DNA from: Aquifex aeolicus VF5 | GTDB lineage: Bacteria > Aquificota > Aquificia > Aquificales > Aquificaceae | Length of the DNA: 32,000 nucleotides | Direction: 5' to 3' | NCBI RefSeq assembly: GCF_000008625.1 | Contig: NC_000918.1 | Span: 600,001-632,000 of the forward strand | Shown: positions 24,132 through 32,000 of the stretch, in pieces | Layout: each line of letters begins with the position of its first letter | How positions within the stretch are numbered: position 1 is the stretch's first letter | Position numbers and translations under genes: made by a program | Notes under the pieces: model-generated | Database searches by the model: none | Told to the model about the DNA's origin: nothing | What the model saw: only the letters and a program-made list of their open reading frames with translations

Positions 24132-25825
24132 ACTCTTACTTCCCACCCGTGTTGTTCAATTATCTTCTTTACCAGACTCATTCCCACTCCAAAACCCTTC
24201 GGATTTTTACTGAAAAAGGGCTCAAATATATGCTTAGCTTCCTCTTCTGATAAACCTCTCCCGTTATCCCTGTAAATCAATATTTATGTGTTAATTTCTA
24301 TAAGTATCTCCTTTCCGCCGTGTTCTATGGAGTTATTAATCAAATTGTAAAAGACTTCCTTCAGTAATTCCCTGTCTGCCAGTAATACTTTATCTCCGTG
24401 AACTTTAATACTTATACCTGCGTTCTTGTAGAGTTTGGAGACTTCTTGTATTAAGTCCTTCAAGGAAATCCTTTCTGGTTTCAGTTCTCTTTCCCTTCCT
24501 ATACTCCTGAACTGGTTTATTAAATTGTTTATCCTCTCCACTTCTTCGTAAATCGCCTTCACTATTTCCCTCAATTTATCCTTATCTATTTCTTCCTTTT
24601 CGAGCTGTCTGAGTATCCTTCCAAGGTTCAGCTTTATAGGAGTTAAGGGGTTCTTTATCTCGTGAGCTATCCTTTTTACGGATTCTCGCCATACCTTGAA
24701 CCTTTCCGCAAGGACTATCGGGGTTATGTCTTCAAATATGTAAATCTTTCCCTCGTTCTGGTCAACTTCCTGAATCCTGAGGTTTTTAATGGATTTAACT
24801 TCTTTTAAGAAATTTTCTAGGTTTTCTACTTTCCCGAACATCTGGTTAAAGGTTTTATTCGTGTAAACGTTTCCGTTGTTTTTTTTGAAAAGTACACCTA
24901 CTGGGAGGGCATCAAGCAGTCTCTGGAGTGCTTCCTTTTCCTGTTTTAATTTTTCGTAAAGTTCCCTTAAGTTTTCCTTCATAACTAAAAAAGCACTGCT
25001 CAGTTCTTCTATTTCATCTCCTCTTTTTTCAACTTTTATATCCACATTCAGGTTTCCCTTGGATATTTCCAGAGCTTTTTCCGTGAGTTCTTCAAGGGGT
25101 TCACTCACATACCTTGCAAAGAGCATCGCAAGCCATACCGTTGCAAGAAGGGTAAGGAGTCCCACTGAAACCATTAAAAAGGCGTATATTCCCGTGACTA
25201 TGTCTCTGACTTTTGTAAGGGAACGAAGGTCCAAAGCAATACCGCCGAAACGTTCAAGACTCTCGGGAAACTTGTCCTTTTCGACGAGAACGTACTTATC
25301 TCCGAGGCAAAGGTAATAAACTTCCTTGGTTTCCTTTATCTCGTAATTACACGCTTCCTTGAAGACTCCCTTTACAAAATCAAGCTCCTTAATCTTTTCT
25401 TCCGGCAAATTCTTTAAAATTTCCCTTTTTTCGTACAAATCCTTTATCCTGTAATCCTGCAGTTCCCTGTAGGTTAATTCCGCTTCCCTTATTAAATCCC
25501 TAATCTTACCGCTCAAAAACTCCCTCGTGGTTTGGAAAATTAAGAAAGCCGAGAAAATGTTCAAAATAAATAAGGGAACGAATATGTAAAAGATTAGTAC
25601 GTTTACGAGTTTTCTCCTGAGTCTGTGCTTTGCTTTGCCTAGGTAAACCTTTATTAACTTCCTGAAAATTACCGCGGAAATTATGAGTAAGAAAAGCAGG
25701 TCAACGTTTATCGCTATTAGTATGAAGGGATAATTTGCATCGGGAAGTTTTTTTAAGTTTAAGAAGAATCCTATATTTACTCCGATAAGGATAATTAAAG
25801 CGAGGAAAAGTAGGAGTTTATTCAC
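24077..25825 (-). pseudogene. Membrane sensor histidine kinase (multi-TM + HAMP + HisKA + HATPase_c, NtrY/PhoR-like) interrupted by an in-frame TAA at 24286-24284
   Basis: ORF 24284..25825 has N-terminal TM helices, a second TM plus HAMP (ARYVSEPLEELTEKALEISKGNL), the H-box AHEIKNPLTPI and the N-box NLINNSIEHG, and ends ..ILIEINT-TAA. The same frame continues ILIYRDNGRGLSEEEAKHIFEPFFSKNPKGFGVGMSLVKKIIEQHGW (G1, F and G2 boxes) to 24077. The ATP-binding domain is therefore cut in two by a single stop codon. Confidence 0.8.
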
Positions 25826-26483
25826 CCTTTTCTTTTATGTGCTGGTGTTTTACTATTTCGCCCTCGGACAGGTATATAGCAGCTTCCGCGACGTTTTCCG
25901 CGTGATCCGCTATCCTCTCGTAATGCCTTGCAACGAAAGAGAGGTGCATAGCTCTCTTTATGTTTCTCGGGTCCTCTAAAACGTAAGTCATGAGTTCACG
26001 TTCGAGCTGGTGGTAGAGTTCGTCCACAGTATCGTCCTTCTCTATTACTTTTTTTGCGAGAAGTGTGTCTTGCTGTATGAAGGAAATTACGCTGTCGTTT
26101 ACCATTTCCTTTACTATTTCGGACATGAAGTTTATGTTCACGTAAGGTTTTAGAGGGGGTTCTTCTGCCAGAAGGATTGCCCTTTCGGCTATGTTTTCCG
26201 CCTCATCTCCCATTCTCTCAAGGTCGGAAACTATCTTGTATATCCCCATTATCATCCTGAGGTCTCCGGCTTCGGGCTGGTACAGGGCTATCATCCTTAT
26301 ACACCTTCTCTCTATGTCAACCTCAAGGAGGTCTATCGTGTCATCACCCTTTATCACTTCTTCCGCCAGTTCCACGTTTTGTTTGTTCAGGGCTTCCGTG
26401 GCTTTGTCTATGGCCTCCTGGACGAGTTTTGCCATTTTTATTACCTGTTCCTTTGTCTCTTCAAGTTCTTTGAAGAGTTTCAT
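25818..26483 (-). CDS. phoU: Phosphate-signalling regulator PhoU
   Basis: 221 aa. Two PhoU repeats with E-R-x-x-D-x-A-x-N-(I/V)-A-E motifs (ERMGDEAENIAE, ERIADHAENVAE). It overlaps the downstream kinase gene by 8 nt. Confidence 0.93.
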   Translation of the reverse strand: MKLFKELEETKEQVIKMAKLVQEAIDKATEALNKQNVELAEEVIKGDDTIDLLEVDIERRCIRMIALYQPEAGDLRMIMGIYKIVSDLERMGDEAENIAERAILLAEEPPLKPYVNINFMSEIVKEMVNDSVISFIQQDTLLAKKVIEKDDTVDELYHQLERELMTYVLEDPRNIKRAMHLSFVARHYERIADHAENVAEAAIYLSEGEIVKHQHIKEKGE

Positions 26484-26497
26484 AATAGTATTAATAT

Positions 26498-27073
26498 ATG
26501 TTGGAAAAGGTTAAGAAAATATTTAGGGAAAGTGCGGAGGTAAAACTCGCCTTCGTGGAGCTCTACGCCCAGCAAATTGTAGACGTTGCGGGAATAATAG
26601 CGACCGCCCTGAAAGACGGAAATAAAGTTCTCCTCTTCGGAAACGGAGGCAGTGCCGCGGACGCCCAGCACATAGCGGCGGAACTAGTGGGAAGGTTCAA
26701 AAAGGAGAGGAGACCGCTTCCCGCCATAGCACTCACCACGGACACGTCTATCCTCACAGCTCTCGGGAACGATTACGGCTTTGAGACGATATTTGAAAGA
26801 CAGGTGGAAGCCCTGTGTATGCCCGGAGACGTGGCTATAGGGATAACGACTTCCGGGAACTCTGAAAACGTTATAAGGGGTTTAAAAAAAGCCCACGACC
26901 TCGGAGCAACCACGATAGCCTTCACGGGAAGGAACGGCGGAAAAGTAGCCCAGATAGCCCACTACACATTCATAGTTCCCTCTTACGAGACTCAGAGGAT
27001 TCAGGAGTGTCACATAACCCTCGGACACGTTCTCTGTGAACTCGTTGAAGAGATGGTATGCGAAAGGTCCTAG
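26498..27073 (+). CDS. gmhA: SIS-domain phosphoheptose isomerase (GmhA/DiaA family)
   Basis: 191 aa. GNGGSAADAQHIAAEL, TTDTSILTALGNDYGFE, ITTSGNS and QE.H motifs. GmhA and its paralog DiaA cannot be told apart by eye. Confidence 0.85.
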   Translation: MLEKVKKIFRESAEVKLAFVELYAQQIVDVAGIIATALKDGNKVLLFGNGGSAADAQHIAAELVGRFKKERRPLPAIALTTDTSILTALGNDYGFETIFERQVEALCMPGDVAIGITTSGNSENVIRGLKKAHDLGATTIAFTGRNGGKVAQIAHYTFIVPSYETQRIQECHITLGHVLCELVEEMVCERS

Positions 27074-27882
27074 TCTTTTTAAAGAATTCCAAAAAGGCAT
27101 TTGAGACTTTTAAAAGAGTTGAAAGAGTTTTAAAAGATTTAAACCTCAGCTACAAAAAGTTTATAAACAGGAAGGAACTTTTTAAAGTTTTAAAACCTAA
27201 GGATTATGAACTCTTTCTCGTTATAGGGGGAGATGGTACATTCTTGAGTGCCGCTCGCATCGCTTCGCGTTTCGGTGTTCCCCTTGTTGGTGTAAACGAA
27301 GGGAGGTTCGGTTTTCTCACAGAAATAAAGAAGGAAGAAATAAAAAAAGTTCTGCCGCTGGTACTGGAAGGAAGGGCGAAACTTCAGGAGAGGTTGATGA
27401 TAGACGTTTACCTGAGGAGCAGAAACAGGTTGAGGTATCTCGGGAATTACCTGAACGACGCCGTGATTTCAAAGAGCAGTATAGCGAGGATAATAAGGAC
27501 TAAGGTGTTTATAAATGGGGAGGAAGTTCTGGAGGTCTTCGGAGACGGTGTTATCCTTTCCACACCTACGGGTTCAACCGCCTACGCACTTTCCGCGGGA
27601 GGACCGATTGTTTACCCCGAATCTCAGAACTTACTCTTCGTTCCCATATGCCCCCATACGCTTTCAAACAGACCCCTCGTTCTTCCCTCTAAATTTGAAG
27701 TCAAGTTCAAAGTGGTTTCGGAAAATATGGAAGCCTTCTTGACCTTGGACGGTCAGGAGGGATTTCATCTAAAGAAGGGGGACGAGGTAATCGTTAAGCG
27801 TTCAAGGTACGTTTGCAGGATGTACTCCCATCCCCGTAAGTCCTTTTTCGGGATACTGAAAGAGAAGTTAAGATGGGGTTGA
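27058..27882 (+). CDS. nadK: NAD kinase
   Basis: 274 aa. GGDGTFL, NDAV and STPTGSTAYALSAGGPIV motifs. It overlaps gmhA by 16 nt. Confidence 0.93.
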   Translation: MRKVLVFLKNSKKAFETFKRVERVLKDLNLSYKKFINRKELFKVLKPKDYELFLVIGGDGTFLSAARIASRFGVPLVGVNEGRFGFLTEIKKEEIKKVLPLVLEGRAKLQERLMIDVYLRSRNRLRYLGNYLNDAVISKSSIARIIRTKVFINGEEVLEVFGDGVILSTPTGSTAYALSAGGPIVYPESQNLLFVPICPHTLSNRPLVLPSKFEVKFKVVSENMEAFLTLDGQEGFHLKKGDEVIVKRSRYVCRMYSHPRKSFFGILKEKLRWG

Positions 27883-28575
27883 TAGCTTTTTAGACTTCCT
27901 GAGGTCGGAACCCTTTATAACGAGCAACTCGTTCATCTCGTAAATTTTTGAAACTACGTTTTCTCCGAGTCTGCTTGCAAGATCCGCACTTATCCTCACG
28001 CTACTCTCTTCTTCCCTCTGGAGTGAGTAATTCGTGGTTATTATCGTGCTCTTAAGGTTGTTATACCTGTAAGTGATTATGTAAGAGATGAGTTCCCTCT
28101 GCCAGTCACTGAGCCTCTCAGAACCGAGGTCGTCGAGAACCAAAACCGGTGAGTTTAAGACAGTTTTTAAAAACTTTGTATCCTTTCCCTCGTCCATTAA
28201 GTGTTTTAACCTGAATATTAGATCCTTCGTATCGAAGAAGTATCCTCTGATTCCCTTCTTCTCATAAATCGCTTTTAATGTTGCAACCGCAAGGTGAGTT
28301 TTGCCGACTCCAGGAGATCCTACAAAGGTAAGCCCTTTCCCTTCCTCGGGATTGAAGTTGTGGACGAAGACCCTTATCGTCAAAAGTGCCCTGTTCTGGG
28401 ATACGTTCTTGGGGTGGTAAGTGTCTAAGTTGGCGTTCCAGTACCTCTTTGGGATGTTTAGTTCCCTGTTTACATCCCTTTTCTTGAACCTGCATTCGCA
28501 GAGCCTTACCTTGTTGTCTTCGGTCTTTACGAATCCCGTCCCCTGACAAATACTGCAGGTAGCGGTATCTTGCAT
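27868..28575 (-). CDS. dnaC: DnaC/DnaI-type AAA+ replicative helicase loader
   Basis: N-terminal Zn-ribbon-like CSICQGTG...CEC, Walker A GSPGVGKTHLAVA, Walker B VLVLDDLG, and TTN (sensor I). Start taken at ATG 28575 (MQDTATCSIC, 235 aa). The ORF track extends to a TTG at 28611, which would overlap the SPFH stop. Confidence 0.88.
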   Translation of the reverse strand: MQDTATCSICQGTGFVKTEDNKVRLCECRFKKRDVNRELNIPKRYWNANLDTYHPKNVSQNRALLTIRVFVHNFNPEEGKGLTFVGSPGVGKTHLAVATLKAIYEKKGIRGYFFDTKDLIFRLKHLMDEGKDTKFLKTVLNSPVLVLDDLGSERLSDWQRELISYIITYRYNNLKSTIITTNYSLQREEESSVRISADLASRLGENVVSKIYEMNELLVIKGSDLRKSKKLSTPS

Positions 28576-28607
28576 ACTTTTAAATATCTGGTTTCGTAAG
28601 TTATTTT

Positions 28608-29369
28608 TCAATCGTTACTTTTCCTCCCTTTCATAAACTCAACGAGTTCCAAGGGAAAGGGGAATATAACGGTCTTCGCGTTGTGTAGTCCTATAGTGTG
28701 TAGAGTTTCCAAGTACCTCAGTTGTATGGCTATCGGTTCCTGAGCTAGAATTCTCGCAGCTTCAAGGAGTTTTTGTGCAGCCTGGTATTCCGCCTCAGCG
28801 CTTATTATCTTAGCCCTCCTTTCCCTTTCCGCCTCAGCCTGCCTTGCAAGAGCCTTTCTCAGTTCTTCTGGAAGGTCTATTTTCTTGAGTTCAACCGCTA
28901 TAACCTTCACACCCCATGGATCCGTTTGCCTGTCTATAATTTCTTGAAGTTTCATATTTATCTTTTCCCTTTGAGACAGGAGTTCGTCCAGCTCCGCCTC
29001 ACCGCAGACACTCCTCAAAGTCGTCTGGGCGATCTGGGAAGTTGCGTAAAAGTAGTCTTCCACCTCGACAATAGCTTTTACAGGGTCAACAACCCTGAAG
29101 TAAACGACCGCGTCCACCTGAACGGTTACGTTGTCCTTCGTTATAACGTCCTGAGTGGGAACGTCCAGAGTTACCGTCCTCAGGGAAACCCTCACTATTC
29201 TATCTATAATCGGTATAACTATTATGAGACCGGGACCTTTAGCCCCTATTACCCTTCCGAGACGAAACACAACTGCCCTTTCGTACTCGGGAATTACTTT
29301 GATTGCTGAAGCCAAAAACAGCAGGACTAAGATCGCTATGAATATCGGCGGAAGAGGCAAAAATTCCAT
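28608..29369 (-). CDS. SPFH/band-7 (stomatin/prohibitin-like) membrane protein
   Basis: 253 aa. N-terminal TM helix, then [26 protein letters not shown]...[22 protein letters not shown] and a coiled-coil [11 protein letters not shown]. Confidence 0.92.
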   Translation of the reverse strand: MEFLPLPPIFIAILVLLFLASAIKVIPEYERAVVFRLGRVIGAKGPGLIIVIPIIDRIVRVSLRTVTLDVPTQDVITKDNVTVQVDAVVYFRVVDPVKAIVEVEDYFYATSQIAQTTLRSVCGEAELDELLSQREKINMKLQEIIDRQTDPWGVKVIAVELKKIDLPEELRKALARQAEAERERRAKIISAEAEYQAAQKLLEAARILAQEPIAIQLRYLETLHTIGLHNAKTVIFPFPLELVEFMKGRKSND

Positions 29370-29377
29370 AATAGTAT

Positions 29378-30031
29378 TTAGATTAATTCAAGAATGTAAA
29401 AAGCCAAGGTTAAACACGTTATAAATATAACGAGCCCGTAAGCTTTGTAGAGCCAGACGTTAGTTCTATAAAAGCCCCTGTCTATTTGGCTTATGGTCCT
29501 GTAGAAGTTTGCGGTACCGAGCACGAGTGTTAAAACTCCTATACCGATAATGAAAGCACCTATGCTGAAGAGCTTTTCGTGGTGAACTCTTGTACTTATG
29601 TGAAGTATTCTGTCGAGCTGAACGAGGAAAAATTCAAACTTCTCTATAACGAAACCGAAAACAGTTATAGCTATAGCCGTTCTTATCCACGCGAGGAACG
29701 TCCTTTCGGCAGCCATGTAGATACGGGGGTCAACAACTTCCTTTGCGTCAACCTGTTCACCGCACTTTAAATAACTCATCGTTTTGTAGAAACTGAAGAG
29801 TCCTACAGCGGCTACTAAAGTAGCTATAACCGCAAGAGCTCCTGCTCCTGTTCTCAAGAATTCCGCTATATCACCCTTATTCATCATCTTCGCCACCCAC
29901 TCAATCTTTGTTAGTCCAAGAGCAAAACTGATAACCAGAATTGAAAAACGCAGTTGACTGAGGTAAGTCCTTTCCGTGGACATAAAAAGCCTTGGTTCCT
30001 GAAGGGGAGGTAATTTCTTATAAATGTCCAC
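29378..30031 (-). CDS. Integral membrane protein with two tandem DUF202 (YidH-like) modules
   Basis: 217 aa. Two copies of the E-R-T-(F/Y)-L-(A/S)-W/Q-(I/L)-R-T/F motif ([13 protein letters not shown] and [13 protein letters not shown]), each followed by 2-3 TM helices. The start is ambiguous: GTG 30031 or ATG 29983 (MSTERTYL). Confidence 0.7.
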   Translation of the reverse strand: MDIYKKLPPLQEPRLFMSTERTYLSQLRFSILVISFALGLTKIEWVAKMMNKGDIAEFLRTGAGALAVIATLVAAVGLFSFYKTMSYLKCGEQVDAKEVVDPRIYMAAERTFLAWIRTAIAITVFGFVIEKFEFFLVQLDRILHISTRVHHEKLFSIGAFIIGIGVLTLVLGTANFYRTISQIDRGFYRTNVWLYKAYGLVIFITCLTLAFYILELI

Positions 30032-30064
30032 AAAAACTTAATTATATCTTAAAATTTTTAAGTT

Positions 30065-30421
30065 ATGAAGAGAATGGCGGGAGTCCTCGGAGTAGTTCTC
30101 GGAGTCTTTGCCCTTTTCGGAAGCGGGAAGAGCGTAGATTACGGAGACTGGTGTCCCAAAGGAAAAAGCCTCGGGAAAGACATTTACGTTGAAGGTATAG
30201 TTGACTACGAAGGTAAGAACTGGTGTAAAGTTGTAGTAAGAACACCTTACTCAGTCACCGAAGTTTATTACACACCCGATGGCTCCGGAGAGAAGGTTGT
30301 AAAGTACAAGAACGGAAAAAAGATGGCTGAGATAGAGCTCGTGGAAAATCAGGTTTACCTGAGACTTTACGACAAAAATGGAAAAGTTGTTGAGGAGATA
30401 AAGTCGAGGGAAGAGTTTTAG
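30065..30421 (+). CDS. Hypothetical secreted/periplasmic small protein
   Basis: 118 aa. N-terminal signal-peptide-like MKRMAGVLGVVLGVFALFGSG, then a Lys/Val/Tyr-rich region likely to be beta-rich, with 2 Cys. No family recognised. Confidence 0.55.
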   Translation: MKRMAGVLGVVLGVFALFGSGKSVDYGDWCPKGKSLGKDIYVEGIVDYEGKNWCKVVVRTPYSVTEVYYTPDGSGEKVVKYKNGKKMAEIELVENQVYLRLYDKNGKVVEEIKSREEF

Positions 30422-30428
30422 AATGTAA

Positions 30429-31238
<810 letters not shown>

Positions 31239-31271
31239 ACCTTTGATAAGATAACTCTAAAGGAGGAGATT

Positions 31272-31529
31272 ATGGAAGAACAAAGATTTGTAGCAGTTCC
31301 TTTTGCGCTGGTGGGCTTTTTCGTAACAGACAGGGACGTTGAAGAGAGCATAAGGACGGACATGACTCCCGAGGAACTGGAAAAGCTTCAGGAACTCCTC
31401 GCAAGGTTCTTGTTTAAGGAAGGCGTCAGAGTGGCTATTTACCCTTCGGTGGTACCCCCTGAGCAAGCCTCAGAAGCCGTTAAGGAACTTGAACAATTAA
31501 TCTTCGGTGAGGAAGAGGGAGAAAAATGA
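31272..31529 (+). CDS. Hypothetical small acidic protein (85 aa)
   Basis: Strong SD AAAGGAGG lies 5 nt upstream. Its TGA overlaps the dapB ATG (ATGA). No recognisable motif. Confidence 0.55.
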   Translation: MEEQRFVAVPFALVGFFVTDRDVEESIRTDMTPEELEKLQELLARFLFKEGVRVAIYPSVVPPEQASEAVKELEQLIFGEEEGEK

Positions 31530-32000
31530 GCGTCAGGGTGGTAGTTTGTGGTGCCCTCGGTAGGATGGGAAGGAGGATAATAGAACTTGCACTTCAGGAT
31601 AAAGATGTGGAAGTAGTCGGAGGAGTTGAACATCCGGACTGCGTACCTTCAATAGATCTGGGAGAAGCCCTTGGAAAGGAAGAACTGAAAGGAAAACCTC
31701 TAACGAGCAGACTCGAAGAACTCCTTCCCTACACGGATGTGGTTATAGAGTTTTCGGGAAATCCCACCGCGGCTGTAGGGCACGCGGAGTTAACCACCCT
31801 TGAAAAGAAGGCGATAGTTATAGGAACTACTGGATTTACGAAACAGGAAATTGAACAGATAAAGGAGTTTTCAAAAAACGCTCCCGTTTTACTCTCACCC
31901 AATATGAGTTTGGGAGTAAACCTCCTCTTCAAACTCGCAGAAATCGCTGCAAAGGTTTTGAAAGACAAAAACTTTGACGCGGAAATAATGGAAATACACC
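31526..32000 (+). CDS. dapB: 4-hydroxy-tetrahydrodipicolinate reductase, N-terminal part (gene continues past the right edge)
   Basis: Hand translation from ATG 31526: MSVRVVVCGALGRMGRRIIELALQDKDVEVVGGVEH...VVIEFSGNPTAAVGHAELTTLEKKAIVIGTTGFTKQEIEQIKEFSKNAPVLLSPNMSLGVNLLFKLAEIAAKVLKDKNFDAEIMEIH. It has the Rossmann G-x-x-G-R-M-G, GTTG, SPNMS and the E-x-H(H) block of DapB. There is no stop before the edge, so it is missing from the ORF track. Confidence 0.9.
   Translation, partial: MSVRVVVCGALGRMGRRIIELALQDKDVEVVGGVEHPDCVPSIDLGEALGKEELKGKPLTSRLEELLPYTDVVIEFSGNPTAAVGHAELTTLEKKAIVIGTTGFTKQEIEQIKEFSKNAPVLLSPNMSLGVNLLFKLAEIAAKVLKDKNFDAEIMEIH

Noticed and set aside
24284-24286. Recoded stop (selenocysteine or pyrrolysine) in the histidine kinase
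   Set aside because: The codon is TAA, not TGA or TAG. No SECIS-like hairpin is apparent, and the position is not a catalytic residue in HATPase_c domains.
27868-28611. IstB-like AAA+ ATPase as part of an IS21-family element
   Set aside because: No IstA transposase ORF, no terminal inverted repeats, and housekeeping genes flank it closely on both sides. The N-terminal Zn-ribbon and overall pattern fit the DnaC/DnaI helicase loader.
28773-29309. Long antisense ORFs: 178 aa at 28773..29309, 165 aa at 11054..11551, 145 aa at 14441..14878, 136 aa at 921..1331, 131 aa at 8424..8819, 121 aa at 2352..2717, and others in the track
   Set aside because: Each lies entirely inside a confidently identified gene on the opposite strand. 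They translate to Ser/Pro/Phe/Leu-rich low-complexity sequence, which is the mirror of the Glu/Lys/Gly-rich purine-biased sense strand. They also lack SDs. These are shadow ORFs.

Overview
This is a gene-dense chromosomal housekeeping segment, roughly 95% coding, with genes on both strands and many 1-26 nt overlaps. The largest non-coding gaps are 139 and 95 nt. From memory only (no search was run), the proteins look like Aquifex aeolicus / Aquificaceae: reverse gyrase, a PIN-like protein-only RNase P (HARP), IscU, PhoU, TadA, DnaC, PPX/GPPA and IspE. I call 39 intact protein genes, 2 disrupted genes and 2 tRNAs. One disrupted gene is a PP-loop ATPase with a 1-nt frameshift; the other is a sensor histidine kinase with an in-frame TAA. 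The tRNAs are Leu-UAA and Arg-CCG, and each lies directly upstream of a protein gene on the same strand. I also call three promoter-like elements. I found no CRISPR array, IS element, prophage or rRNA. The points most worth a second look are: (1) the HARP-type minimal RNase P gene, together with two tRNA genes whose 5' flanks are organised very differently; (2) a tightly coupled five-gene module, IscU / PP-loop ATPase / TusA / DUF1858 / Nfu, that looks like an uncharacterised Fe-S-dependent thiolation system, although its central enzyme is frameshifted in this sequence; (3) a recurring pattern of start codons with no Shine-Dalgarno sequence but a -10-like hexamer 6-11 nt upstream, often in 14-23 nt divergent spacers, which suggests leaderless transcripts; (4) a PhoU-coupled histidine kinase split by a nonsense codon; (5) reverse gyrase translationally coupled to a His-rich 4-TM protein, and a tandem-DUF202 / SPFH / DnaC gene string. 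All functional calls rest on motifs I read in the supplied translations. None was checked against a database.
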